Shown: positions 1-14,000, counted from the stretch's first letter. The stretch: DNA of 64,000 nucleotides from Mytilus trossulus (GCF_036588685.1 NC_086376.1:9982001-10046000), one strand, 5' to 3'. The notes: generated by a model not told the origin, from the letters alone. Numbers and translations: made by a program.

Positions 1-1618
1 TTTTACACTTGATATGCCATCATTTGGTGGGTTTTTCAACTGAAATTCATTTGGTGTTTCTCCCATCTCTATAGCTATCTCTGGCATCTATAAATAGAAC
101 TGAACACAATCATTTCAATTAGAGTTCATTTGAGACATTTCTCCTGCACAGCATCAATATAATGTAACACATCATATAATCACCATTTAATTCTCTAATA
201 TGAATATAGATACTCAGATATTCTGTATTACATTGTTCACAGGCGCACTTGTATATGGTTTATGAATATGCCCTCCTTGAGCACTAATTGTATGAATAAA
301 AATATTCTTTTCTTGATAAAGCATTCTTAGCCATGTTAGCTAATCTGTATAATTTTCACTGACACATATGCTTTACTTATCTTAGAGACTTAGAAATGTT
401 AAATCATGATTTTTAGTATAACATGTACTTTTACTTGTTAGTGGCTTAGAACGAGCAGTAAGGTTGGTGCTGTTATACATGTAGGTACATTGTAAAGAAC
501 CACTTATTCAGGCCCAGTCCAGATGCCGAAGAACATAAAAAAAGTAGTATATTTCCAACAAAATAGTTTCTATACATAGCTGTATTTTTGTCAATAGCGG
601 GATATTTGGGTAGTTTTGGTATCAAATGAAAGTGTGGGAACTTGGAATCACTGTAGAACCCTTGTTGAAAGATCTATTTTTGTACTATAAAACATCCCGG
701 AACCAGAACTCTCTAATATTATGCAATTTAAGTTATGCTGATTTTTTTTAGCACAAGTCAGATTAAGGCGCTGTTTTGACATGAAATAACTGCCACTTTA
801 TTTGAACTTAAGATTAAGTAACCATTAGTGCTTGAAATTGCAGAATTTAATATAGAAAGCAATGAGGCTATGAATTAGCGCAAAATGGAAAGGGATTAAT
901 ATAAGTTGCAAAACTTGTTTCCCAATCCACTATAAACAAATATGTTTAAAATTAACTATGAATTAGTGGTTTAATACCGTTAGGGGGATGGTTGGGATCC
1001 CCCTTACATGTTTAACCCCTTTACATATATATACAGATTCATGGAACTACAATCTGTCAATACCTATATCTTGGCATTGCACAAGGTCATGTTTTTCTCT
1101 GATTTTTTATGACTTCTTTACACTAAATCCATTGGATGTTGGATGTGTACTGATTGATAATCTAGTCTTAGATGCACGATTTCTTTATTAGTCGTAAGTG
1201 GCTTTGAACTAGCTGTCAGTTAACTGTGAGTACTCTCAGATCTGTTCCTAGTGTCTTTTTGTTGTTGGGATGTACAATAATGCGGTATGGGCATTGCTCA
1301 TTGTTGAATGCAGTATAGCGACCTACATGTATAGTTGTTAATTTTTGTGTCATTGTGGTCTCTCATGGAGAGTTGTCTTATCGGCAATCATACCACACCT
1401 TTTTTTATATTAAAATTTAAATGAAATCGACTCAAATATGATATTTATGGCTTGTTTTTTCTCCAAGGCAATAGAATACCTATATAAGTATATTATAGTT
1501 GTCTTGGACATTTCTAAAAAAAATAGAATTTGATAAACTAAACAATAACAAATTTGTGATTATAAAGAAACATTTTTACATAGTGGTAGTGCATATTTTT
1601 ACTACTACAATGCACTAA

Positions 1619-2537
1619 CAGGGTTCTCGCTAAGGCGAGTCCATGAGTCCTGGGTCCTGGACTCATCAAAATCTGTCTGGACTCACCATTTTTAAAACTG
1701 GTGAGTCCACAGATACATGTACATCAATATTGAAATATTTTGTATAAACTGAACACAGTTAAGGGGGCTCCTGGGTATAAATGATTTTTTTTTTCTAATA
1801 TAGGATTTCGCTATATTTTTTCATAAATGAACTTTATCATATACTTAAAAGAAAAATGAAATAAAAAAATGGGATCACCGTTCATTTAGGCTAAAATCTG
1901 CCTCTGGAAGATGCATACATTTTTGTTAATGTCCTTTTTTTCTGTTGAACTAATATAGGAGAAAAAGAGGAAATATCGAAATAAAAAAATAACCTAATAT
2001 AAGAAATCGCTTAAAATTTACAATTATTTAGTTTATGTACAGCTTATTTGAAAACAATAATAACAAATATAGGTCACCGATGAGTTAAAAAAGATATTTC
2101 AAATTTAAGGCCCAAAAAATGGCATTTTTGCACCAAAGGGAGATAATTTGGAGCTTTTTCAATTTTTAAAGTCATCTGGGGTCAAACCAAATCAATTATT
2201 GGGGTTGTTTTTTGTACCATATCATAAAGTAACACCTAATAGTGTAATAAATAAAATTTGTAATGAAAAAATAAAGGTTTAATTTTTTGCTAAAATTTTT
2301 GTACCCAGGAGCCACCTTAAACACAAATATCATCATTTTATCATGTGTTTATAGCAAAAGTTTAAAAAGTAATCTAAATTTAATGTCATTTCATTGCTCA
2401 TGTTAGGCCATGGAAACTAAAATATTACATTACACTGTATATTGCAACAAAATATATTCTTCTTGCTGTTGGACTCACCATGGCCAAAAATGACGAGTCC
2501 CTGGACTCGCCTTCAAAAATCCTTAGCGAGAACCCTG
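1619..2537. mobile_element. TIR MITE
   Basis: 17-bp TIR CAGGGTTCTCGCTAAGG; flanks cactaa/tactaa (6-bp TSD, 1 mismatch). Confidence 0.8.
1763..2316. mobile_element. Kolobok-type MITE nested in the previous element
   Basis: TTAA|GGGGGCTCCTGGGTATAAA...TTTGTACCCAGGAGCCACC|TTAA. Confidence 0.8.
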
Positions 2538-2586
2538 TACTAATGAACTCAAAATCGTTAACTTTTTTGTTTATAAACTTTTTTAA

Positions 2587-3019
2587 GGATGTACTTAGGT
2601 GAGGCTTTGGCATTTGTGTCAAATATTCGGACTCCTTGGTGTTTTTACATACAACAGGCATGACAGGAGGTAAAATATTTTGCCAATAACACCCATTTAT
2701 TTGTTCATACAAGATTTAATAGCTCATAAAAGGTCATTTACCAAAATTATAGCAGATTGTTGATTTTCTTTCGTTTGATTTGAGACCAAATTTAAGTTAT
2801 ACCAATGCAAATATAAGGTTTAAGTCCAAGTCAGCCTTTTCTCCGCCATATCTTAAATACCAAATATCTCGAAAAGGAGGTTCATGACCTACATTTACAT
2901 GTATCAATATTTTTTGCTTATTTTAATTCTTAACCAATGCTCTTTTGACTTATAGTAAAATGTATCAATTTTAAATTCTTGATTTTTTTAATTACACAAA
3001 TCCTCACTTAAGTAAATCC
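2587..3019. mobile_element. Kolobok-type MITE
   Basis: TTAA|GGATGTACTTAGGTGAGG...CCTCACTTAAGTAAATCC|TTAA. Confidence 0.75.
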
Positions 3020-3061
3020 TTAAATTCCTGCATTTGCACAGAAATCTACATGTACATTGTA

Positions 3062-5584
3062 CAGAGATGGGTCCGATTACTTTCAATGTAATTGCCGATT
3101 AAGTCTGGAAGGTGGCAGGGTTTACCAAGAGAAGACAGAATCTGCCGTCTCTGTGACTCAAACGACATTGGTGACGAATACCATTATATTATGAATTGTG
3201 GATCTTTTATGTTTGAAAGAAAGAAATTTTTACCTACATACTGCTGGTCTAACCCTAATATCTATAAGTTTGATCAACTGTTTAATTCATGTAATATTGT
3301 AATATTAGAAAAACTATGTAAATTTATCAAAGTTATAAATGTGAACGTCAGTCCTCCAAGTTAATTTCATTGTATTGTCAAATGATTGTTAACACATGCT
3401 TGTAAAAATTGTACCTTATAGTTATATTTATGTATGTTCTCTATAACTATGTAATTGTAGTTTTATGAGAAATAAAGTATTCGTATTCGATTAAATTACA
3501 ATTACTTTGTCATTTGTACGATTAAATTAAATTAACGATTACATCATTTCTGAAAGTGTCTGATTAAATTAATGATTACTATTAAAGTATTGTGTTTGCT
3601 ATATTATAAAATGATAACTTCAAACTTTATCTATTTAATAAACCTCAAAAGTTTACTTCATACAAACATGAACATTGTGTCACTGGTAATGACCCATTTC
3701 ACTTGATCATCATTAATCTCTGAATTATTTTGACTTCAATTGAATATAGCTTTATAAAAAGCGTTTGCTATTTGTCTTCTGACCTATTCTAGACTTTAAT
3801 TTATATTTGTTTCAAGGTGCAGTTTATGGGATTAATAAAATATGGATGAAATAAAGTTACCAGTTTAATCAAATTGTAAACAAAATAAGTGCTAAAAATT
3901 ATTGCATTTTACATGTCCAGTCTAAATAAATACAAAAATTTGCTTATTTTAAACAAGATATTTGTCCAACTTAAATTACTTTTAATTAATTTTGTGCTAA
4001 TTAGATAAATGATCTGTTTTATCTTTTACCATATCTTGTCAGGCAGAATCAATTTGCGCCAATTGCAGTTTTGAAAAGGTATTAATTGCGCCACTCTCTT
4101 TTATTTTGATGGTATTAATTGCGCCAATAAATGAAATGAAATTGCGCCACATTTACCTGTTAATATTTTGTATATCATACCTGTACATGTTTTACCTATA
4201 TCAAGACAAGACAAGACATATACTTTATGAAAGTCTCACCACTTGTTACATATAAAATATACAGGTTTTAAAATACAAGATAACAACAAGAGCCAATCTA
4301 TAAAGAGTTTTGAGGGACTATAAAACATTTTTTCTTAAAATTATAATACAAATACAAGTCAACTATCACGAGTATAAAATGCATTTTCGCTAAGTATGAA
4401 AATTTCACAGCAGATTTTGGCGTATACAATACCACATTTTCATTTGTAAAAAGAAATATAATTATTTCATTATCAGTCTCAAGAAATTAGAACGTCAAAT
4501 TTTGAGATCTTCGAGCATAAGAAAAGCAACCAATATGTTTTCAGAGCGACCTTCAAAAATGATAAATTCAGAGATCTTCAAAATTGAAGAAGAAAATTTA
4601 GAAAAGAAAGATTTAAAATATGTGCGTCAGTCTATGTAGAGAGAGAGAAGAAAACTGCATCCGGCTCAACCTAAAAATCAAGCAGAATTTCAGAATATTG
4701 GATGATATTGATGTTGTTACAAACAAAGATGATGACTTAGTATTGTGTAACGATCCACTAAGCGGGATAATTTTATTAGGATGGGAGGCTATTTTCTGTG
4801 TACAATGTCAGAGGATTTTTTTTGCTGATGGTACCTAGTTAATCTTTTAGTTGTTATATAAAAATAAATAAAATTGGCGCAAATGATATCTATACTTTTG
4901 AAAATTAGGTGGCGCAAAAGAAGTATCGGCGCAATTAAGTTGTGGCGCAAATGAGTTACTTTTTGGCGCAAAAAGATATCGCCCATATTGTCCTACAGCT
5001 ATACTCAGTTGGTAATTGCAATAAAAACAAACCTTAATTGGTTTCCTACCTGTCAATTCAAAGTTGACAAAAATCACAACATTAACAAAAGATTATAATT
5101 AAGGGTTAAAGAAAAGTATTAATATAAAAGTTATTATCAAATATATATATGTACATCTTTAAATTGTGAATATATGTACGATATCTTTTACCAAGGCCAG
5201 AAACATATAATCGTTTTATATGTTCTTTAGGCTATTGATGAATTTTTAATACTGTAACAGTTTATTTTTACTGAAGTATACAAACCAATTTTCATGCTTT
5301 ATAAAAAAAAAAGTAAACCAAACTATCTTAACATGTTCAATATAAATTGAATAAGAATAACAAAAAGTTTCCGTTATTGACCATAAACAGTTTAAGATTT
5401 TTTTCATTGTAATCAGAATGTAATCATAAAGTAATCAGGATTACAGGGTATTTTGAAAAGGAATTGATTAAATTAAATTACATGTAATCAGATTTTAGGC
5501 TGATTAATGATAACAATGATTACTTGAAAAATTGTAATCAATTACAGCTGATTAACGATTACAATTACAATTACCCCAACTCTG
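3062..5584. mobile_element. hAT-like non-autonomous element with nested insertions
   Basis: CAGAGATGGG...CCCAACTCTG termini, perfect 8-bp TSD ACATTGTA, GATTAC/GTAATC subterminal motifs. Confidence 0.8.
3092..3492 (+). mobile_element. 5'-truncated LINE 3' end (C-terminal CCHC knuckle plus 3' UTR)
   Basis: GRWQGLPREDRICRLC..IGDEYHYIMNC, followed by AATAAA and a short (GTATTC)n tail. Confidence 0.75.
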
Positions 5585-6880
5585 ACATTGTACTTCCTTT
5601 AAGGCTTTTACCAGTCATTTGCCAGTCTCTTTGTCAGGAGACTTTCAGTAAAATATATATATATCAGGTTAGTAAAATAAAAGAAGAAACACAATGCCAA
5701 TTTCTTCTTGGCTATGAATTTTTTTTATCTGATGCAAAGTGTCTTTGTTAACATTGAATATGACTTCATAACATAAAGTACGTCACAACTAAAATCCCTA
5801 ACAAAAGAACTTAAATTTGAAATGTTACAGCATGCTGTGTCTTTTTTAACCATTTTGATGTAAAAGTATGTTAGAATTGAACAAAAATATTTATGCAGAC
5901 TTTGTCCCTTTTCACAGGTATACACCTTATTGCTAATCCTAGCTGACACGGTTGCTTGAACTTTTGACGCAAACAACAATCACTTTTCCATTGTGCCGTC
6001 AGACATTTTGTTTTATGACAATAAAATTTTACAAAAACCTGTGTAATATCCAGTACTTATGGCCAGAGCTGGGGTAATTGTTATCAGTAATAGTAATCAG
6101 CTGTAATCGATCATGCCATTTCTGATTACAAGTAATCATAATGTAAATGATTTCATTGCCAAAAACAGGTGTAATCATGATTACTTTTAGATTACTTTAA
6201 GATTACATTTATATCATTACTTGCTGATTAGAAATTTATATACATATACATGAAAATAGTTTTTGATAGACAAGATGAAAATAAGAAAATGTAAAGCTTG
6301 AATGAAAAATCATGAAACTAGTATTCACAATGATGGGCCCTTGTTTAATGTGATGAATTGTACATAACAAATTTGTATAACCAAGTGTTTTAATTTTAAC
6401 AGTTTACTTAAGGAAATTGCCTCTCCAATATTTCATTGTGAGATCAGTGGCAGATCCAGAACTAATGGCAAACAAATAGTGATAAGGTGTATTGACTGCC
6501 TCATATTATAAATGTAATATTAACATGATTATATTAAGATAAAACTATTTTTACATGATGAATTTGAACAACTCTATAGAAGTAACTTATCAAAATACTG
6601 AGGGAAAATCTGTTCCAGATTTTAATAATGCATGGAAAAATTATTGTTGCCTTATTTGTGTTCTCCAGAAATGGCAGGATGGAATAATTTTGGTATGAGA
6701 GTGTGAGCAAGACTTTTCAATTTTTTGGAACTGATCAAGGAAAACAGGTAGACACAATACAAAATCATTGCATCATACATACTTATCCTTTTGTCTTTAA
6801 AGAGATTATAGATTAATGATATGGTTTCTTCACAAGTAATTCATTAGTAAGCCCACAAAAAATATTTTAAAAATCAAAAC

Positions 6881-7514
6881 ACCGCCCGGAAATGAATAAA
6901 ATATTCTAATTTTGAAACAACACTTGGAGGGCAACTTGTTTCCGGGAAATTTTTTATAAGGTGGAACTTTTTAAAATTTAGGACTCATTTATTTTATATC
7001 CATGGACTATAACGTCCACCAACTAAATAAAGATGATTTAAGGGTGAACAATAAGTTGACTTTCACTTTGATACCTTTGGTTTACTGAAAATTACCCGCT
7101 TTCCAAGAACGAAAGTAAAAAGTTTAGTACGCATGCGTCAATAATAGAAGTTTGCGCAGTTTTAGTAGGAAGGTTTTTTCTAACATTTATAAAGGTAACT
7201 TCTGAAATCAACACTGAATTTCTAAAATCACATCTTACAGCAAATAAGTTTAAAAGTCATACTTCAGTTTCTAACGCTCAATTTTTTTGATAAATTTTGG
7301 AAAATAAATGTTTACTTTTTTTTGCACTGAAAAATCCAGCTACTTTCGTTTTCTCCTCTTTTTATACAGTAACAAGAAAATACCTTTCTTCTTAGTTTGA
7401 TGAAAAAATTTAAATCAAAACATGCTTTCAGAAGTTTGAAAATTAACACAAATGCTATTCAACATCAAATTGATAACTAAATAAAAGTTAATTTATAATC
7501 TACTTTCACTTTCA
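6881..7514 (+). promoter_or_regulatory. Putative promoter and non-coding first exon with STAT (GAS) and IRF (ISRE) motif cluster
   Basis: TTCCGGGAA 6940-6948; TTCCAAGAA 7101-7109; ACTTTCACTTT 7059-7069; ACTTTCGTTTTC 7342-7353; ACTTTCACTTTC 7502-7513; CCGCCCGGAA near 6881; donor-like AAAG|GTAACT at 7194/7195; several CpGs in otherwise CpG-poor DNA. Confidence 0.6.
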
Positions 7515-8200
7515 TTTTTTTACTCTGAAAATGAGTCATATTCTCAGAACAATAGACCATACCCATCTGGATTAAAAAAAAAAATTTAAGATTTTTCGCT
7601 TTTATGTTTAATAAATTTCAGTATCATGATTATGTGAGAGCAGGCGTGTTATTTGTTCACTTAATTTTTCCTGCCACTCAGTCTAGCATAATGCAAAAGA
7701 CAAATAAACTTACTAATCGAAGAATTCAAATAGAGAAAAATATTCAATGAGTGACAGAATAACACATTAATTGATGATAGACATAGCACATGCATGAGTT
7801 AATTATCAGTGTTGTTAGTTCACATTTTTCGATATTTGAATTCTTTGATAAGTGAATCGCTTTATTAAATTAGCAATTATGGCTGTTTTTTAAATGAAAT
7901 TAAAACATGTAAAAGTAGAAAATGATTTGAAAATAACCTTTATCTTTTTCTACCAATTTACAATTTATTTTGATACAACATTATTGACACCTTGACAACA
8001 CCTATTGTAACGTATGACATCAGAGGATTAAAATAACCATGTTTATCATTTTATTTTACATGTGTACTTTTCCTAGTTATTGGAATCTATTCATAAATAA
8101 GGGGATTTTCCTGTTTTTGCAAAATTGTTTAAAGGTGCTGAACAGTTCACAGGCAACTTTTGTTGCTGGTTTATATCTACTAAAATAACATGCATTTAGT

Positions 8201-8614
8201 NNNNNNNNNNNNNNNNNNNNNNNNNNNNNNNNNNNNNNNNNNNNNNNNNNNNNNNNNNNNNNNNNNNNNNNNNNNNNNNNNNNNNNNNNNNNNNNNNNNN
8301 NNNNNNNNNNNNNNNNNNNNNNNNNNNNNNNNNNNNNNNNNNNNNNNNNNNNNNNNNNNNNNNNNNNNNNNNNNNNNNNNNNNNNNNNNNNNNNNNNNNN
8401 NNNNNNNNNNNNNNNNNNNNNNNNNNNNNNNNNNNNNNNNNNNNNNNNNNNNNNNNNNNNNNNNNNNNNNNNNNNNNNNNNNNNNNNNNNNNNNNNNNNN
8501 NNNNNNNNNNNNNNNNNNNNNNNNNNNNNNNNNNNNNNNNNNNNNNNNNNNNNNNNNNNNNNNNNNNNNNNNNNNNNNNNNNNNNNNNNNNNNNNNNNNN
8601 NNNNNNNNNNNNNN
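8201..8614. other. Assembly gap (414 N)
   Basis: Run of N. Confidence 1.
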
Positions 8615-9019
8615 CAAATAAATTTTCCAAACTTTTTTTCTTTATGCTTGATGGTAGTGATTTGATATTTGGTAAATTGTTTCATCATGACATGTTACAG
8701 ATTAAGTTCCAATTTTGTACTGGTCTGATGATTAAGTCCAGAGTTATGGTCCATATGTAAATGTTAGGGTACTTTGTTAAACCATATTTCTGTACAAAGG
8801 GAGATAAATCGTTTTTAAAAGATTTTTAAAAGACATTCTTTGGTAAATTGTTTAAAGAATTTTGTGCCAGGTTTGTTTGTTATTTTGTACAAACTATAAT
8901 TTTCTGAAAACTGAATAGTTTTATCATGACCAAGTTACAGATCACAATCAAATTTGTGTTTTGGTCTGATAATTTTGAGCTAAGTTCAAGAAGTTAAATT
9001 GACAAATTGAAAGAGTTGG

Positions 9020-9940
9020 TATTTCTTTGTTTCATAAAAAAAGAATGGCTAAAGTAGATACAAGTATCTTGTCTTAGGGAGGGATAAATCAGAGGACATG
9101 TTTTTCAACAGACTGTTGGCACACCAATGGGAACCAATTGTGCCCCTTCTTGCCGACTTGTTTCTTTATTATTATGAGCCTGACTTCATACAGGAACTTC
9201 TTAGGAAGAAAGATAAGAAGTTAGCAATATCCTTTAACTCAACTTTCTGCTATATAGATGACATTCTTTCACTAAATAATTCAAAATTTGGTGACTATGT
9301 TGGTGACGCATATATTCCATCGAACTAGAGACAAAGGAAACAACATCTACAGTTAAGTCGGCCTCATATCTTGACTTACATCTAGAATTGACAATGAGGG
9401 TCGGTTGAAAACAAAACTTTACAACAAAAGAGGTGATTTCAACTTTCCAATTGTGAACATTCAACTTCTAAGTAGCAACATTCCAGCAGCACCTGCTTAC
9501 AGGATATATATCTCCCAATTGATACAATATTCCTCTGCTTGCATTTCCTATCATGATTTTCTTGATAGAGGGTTGTTGCTCACAATAAAGCTAAATGTAT
9601 TAATCCAAGAGTTCCAAATGGTGAAGTTTTAATCATCCCTTTGTAAATTTTATAGACGCCATCACGAGTTTCATGACTGTGACCTACGGAATTTAACTAT
9701 TTACCTGATTTGTTATAATATAAGCAACAGGACGGGTGCCACATGTGAAGATCCAGAGGACCTGAGATGGTCCCTAGTTTTTGATGGGGTTCGTGTTGCT
9801 TATTCTTTAGTTTTCTATGTTGTGTCATGTGTTCTATTGTTTGTCTGTTTGTCTTCTTTCCTTTTTAGCCAGGTGTTGTCAGTTTATTTTTGATTTATGA
9901 GTTTGACTATCCCTTTGGTATCTTTCGTCCCTCTTTTCTG
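9020..9940 (+). mobile_element. Degenerate Penelope-like retroelement RT fragment
   Basis: PLLADLFLYYYE..FCYIDDILSLNN; KTKLYNKRGDFNFPIVN..SNIPAAPAY..YISQLI; frameshifted. Confidence 0.75.
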
Positions 9941-10202
9941 GTCCTAGGACATAAAAAAGTCACTCATAAAATCAGATTTCCACACTGTTTTTAATCATGC
10001 TTGAAGATAGTGACTTGATATTTTCTTTTGGTTTCCACCATGACATGTTATATAACAAGTTAGCATTTTGTTCCAGTATAATGAATTTTTATCGAGAAGA
10101 GGATTAAGATTGCAATGTAATACCCTCAGAATGCTTATTGTAGTCTGACTTTGTTTTTACTACATTTCAGATCAGTGAGCAGGCAAAGAGATTTACCAGT
10201 TC

Positions 10203-11083
10203 ATGCTCACTGAAATAATGAGTAGTGAATCTGATGAAGGGGAGATTAAGACAGATCGAAGTGACAGCTCTGGAAGTGATGAAAATGATGGCACTCCTGA
10301 TCAATGGAGTGTACCTTCTATGTCTCAATCAATGCTGAACAGGTTTTCTAAGTTTCCAGATCATTCTACTAACTCTAAGCAGTTAAATAATTCAAAAGTA
10401 AACAAAGAATTCGTAAGCTCGTTAAGTAGAGTAAACTCTATTCCACCCCCTGTGCCCCCCAAAACTTTCAAACAGAAAAGAGATTCTTTTGAAAAACCAA
10501 TGGAAATGGAAGAGAAAGGTAACCTGGATGAAGTGGATCAGAACCAGCCATTTGAAGAGGGAAACAGTAATGATAAAAAGATGTCTGTAAAAGACAGGGC
10601 CAGAATGTTAGACCAGCAACAGGAATCAGACAGATCCCAATCAATGGAACATTCACCAGGTCCTAATCCATTTGAAGCACTCAAAAGACCAGCAGAATGT
10701 TCTCCTGACATAGAAGATCCATCTACAAAGCGGCTAGGTATCGTTACAGAAACAAATGTTGACACTGGTCAGGTTGAAACCAAATCTGACATAGAAGAAC
10801 CAATGCAAGAAGCTGAGATTCAAAGTCAAAGCCATAGTGATTGCACAGATCTAAGCACTAATGAACCATCAAACTTGCCAACAGATTCAGAACCAGTTAG
10901 TACTGGTATGTCTAACCTTGAACAGGATGGATCATCACCAAGGCAACATCAGGGACATACTGGACCAGATAGGTCATCACCACGGCAACACCAAGGTCAT
11001 CCTGAACCAAAAAGGTCATCTCCATGGCCACATCAACACCATCCTGATGCACAGTACCCTGGACCTAGATCAGCTCATGGATG
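10203..11083 (+). CDS. PARP14-like coding exon 1 (acidic/Ser-rich disordered N-terminus)
   Basis: Acceptor tttcag ends at 10170, ATG at 10203, 294-aa ORF, donor TG|gtaatt. Confidence 0.8.
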
Positions 11084-14000
11084 GTAATTATTTTTCTAAA
11101 GAAGACATTTTTTGCAGTATTTTCTGGATATCTTTCCACTAAAATAAGTTCTTGTTATTCAATTAAATGTATTTCAACATGTTACAGTGCTTATCCAGTG
11201 ACCTTTGGGGTATCACATTAGCAAAGACCAAAACCGTCTACCAAATTGCAGTTAGATTTCTACTCCAACTAACTAATCAACTGGTGAAATATTTTAGCTG
11301 ACATGAATATCAATAATGTGGTCATTTTTTTAATTTTCCGTTTACAAAACTTTGAATTTTCGAAAAAACTAAGGATTTTCTTATCCCAGGTATAGATTAC
11401 CTTAGCAGTATTTGGCACAACTTTTTGGAATTTTGGATCCTCAATGCTCTTCAACTTTATACTTGTTTGGCTTTATAAATATTTTGATTTGAGCGTCACT
11501 GATGAGTCTTATGTAGACGAGAAGCGCGTCTGGCGTACTAAATTATAATCCTGGTACCTTTGATAACTATTTACACCACTGGGTCAATGCCACTGCTGGT
11601 GGACGTTTCGTCCCCGAGGGTATCACCAGCCCAGTAGTCAACACTTCTGTGTTGACATGAATATCAATAATGTGGTCATTTTTTAAATTTTCCGTTTACA
11701 AAACTTTGAATTTTCGAAAAACTAAGGATTTTCTTATCCCAGGTATAGATTACCTTAGCAGTATTTGGCACAACTTTTTGGAATATTGGATCCTCAATGC
11801 TCTTCAACTTTATACTTGTTTGGCTTTATAAATATTTTGATTTGAGCGTCACTGATGAGTCTTTATGTAGACGAAATGCACGTCTGGCGTACTAAATTAT
11901 AATCCTGGTACCTTTGATAACTATTAGCAGATTGCTGAAGTGAAATGTTATTAGAAGTGAGTGCTGTAAAATAAAAAGTAATACTTGTTTTGTAGGTGTA
12001 TATTTTATAGCTTTGTCTTCTAAGATGAAGTTATTGTGCAATTGTGATCGAATAACATTTTCTATACAAATTACTGATCTGCTGGCATTAAAGGGAAATA
12101 ATTTATATAGAGTTCAAATGTACACTAAAAATTTAATCAATGATACATACCAGGCTTATGATCTTGCCTATAAAAGATTCATCAATACGACTAGAATAAA
12201 AAAAAATGAAATACAAAATTAGTATGAAGTTGAAATTGCAGTAATAATGTTACAAACAAATTAAATTTGGGAAATTTGATATTTGTCAGACAGAAGAAAA
12301 TTTTGCTGATTATCAGTAATGTAAATTATTTCCCTTTATTGCCAGCAGATCAGTAATTTGTATAGAAAATATTATTCGAATCACAATTGCACAATAGCTT
12401 TCTCTTAGAAGACAAAGCTATAAAATATACACCTACAAAACAATGTTTTGAACTATTCATTTATAGTATTTATTTATGAAAGAAGTTTCCATGTCAAAAT
12501 TAGACCTTTTTATTCAGTAACTCATACTATAGTAAGATATTATTTTTTGTTGGAAATGATTGACAAAGGTATCAACTAACTGGTTGTGGATGGTAAGTAT
12601 TACTTTTTATTTTACAGCACTCACTTGTAATAACATTTCACTTGAGCAATCTGCTAAAATGTTTTACCAGTTAATCAGTTAGTTGAAGTAAAAATCTATC
12701 TGCAATTTGGTAAACTGTTTTGGTCTTTGCTAATGTGATACCCCAAAGGTCACTGGATAAGCACAGTAAAAGGAAAATTATTTTAGACATAAAAAATATA
12801 ATGGAACTTAAATACCTGTAAAAATGAATAAGATATCCTGGATTAGTAAATATACTGATAACAATATTGCACAGGAGAAACATCAGGTTACTTTAATATC
12901 TTAGATGTGACTGAGTAAAACATGCAAACTATTGGTTTCAACAACTGGTAATCTTTGAAACAGTTGTTTGTAGAATTGTAGAATGAAAAAAAGGTCTCTA
13001 AAGACAAGTAATGGCAGGAAAATAATAAAAAAAGTTGCATGAATTTGGTAGTAAAACTAAAATTAAGAGATTATTCTTTCCTACATTTTCAAGAATTTTA
13101 GAGCAATTGTAACCTACATATTACAGGTATTTTTATGTCTACTAGTTATAGGTGTGTTATATGGGTTAGAATTTAGACATACCTTAAAATATAAGATATG
13201 CTGTGAAAGTAACAAAAAATTATATAGACTGATGAGTTTATAGTAATGCTTATGTCAATTATTCAATTGTCTACTGTTTTATATGTCAAATCTGGTTTTT
13301 CATACCAACCACTTTCCATGGTATATGAAACATTTTATAAAGTGTTCTCATATTTTTCATTGATAACTAAATATACATTAGTGTTGTTTAGTTTTTAACT
13401 TCTGACTTTTATATATGCTATAAAGTTTGAACATACAAAAGAACTTAAGATTAAATTTGCATCTTTATTTTGTCTTGTTATTTACAGGCCTGGAACACCA
13501 CCACCACATGAACAGTTGAGATATGGCCACCCTCATCAAATTCCAGGTACACCACAAACATCAGCACCGCTGAAATACCCACATCATCCTCAAAATCAAG
13601 AAACACCACCTCCATCAGGACAGATAAGGTATGGCTATCCTCATCAAGGAACACCACCTTCATCAGGACAAGTGAGGTATGGCCAACCTAATCAATATCC
13701 AGATACACCACGAATGGGATATGGACATCCTCCTCAACAAGCTCCTCCATATGGAACATCACCTCACCAGACAGGATTCCAACAGCAAGGTTACCCTCCA
13801 AATCAAATGCAATTCCTTCCACAAGAGGGTCATGGTGGACCAGGAGGTACCCCTTATTTTGATCCAAATTATCCACATGGACCCCCTCCTGGTCATTTTA
13901 AAGGACATGGTCAACACAGAAGTACCCCTAATCAGCCTTCAGGACCTAACAAGAAACAACAACCCTCTCATACATCACCTAGGGGAAATGAGCGTACACC

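Larger units (their letters stand above)
11299..11923 (+). mobile_element. Non-LTR retrozyme (about 355-nt unit, about 1.75 copies) with two hammerhead motifs
   Basis: Direct repeat at 11300 and 11655; flanking 5-bp duplication TTAGC (11294-11298 and 11924-11928); CTGATGA cores. Confidence 0.8.
11182..12769. repeat. Long inverted repeat (fold-back) in the intron after coding exon 1
   Basis: 11182-11298 plus 11924-12104 are the reverse complement of 12594-12769 plus 12322-12443. Confidence 0.88.

Noticed and set aside
8077-8688. ORFs of 143-203 aa
   Set aside because: Artefacts of the N gap
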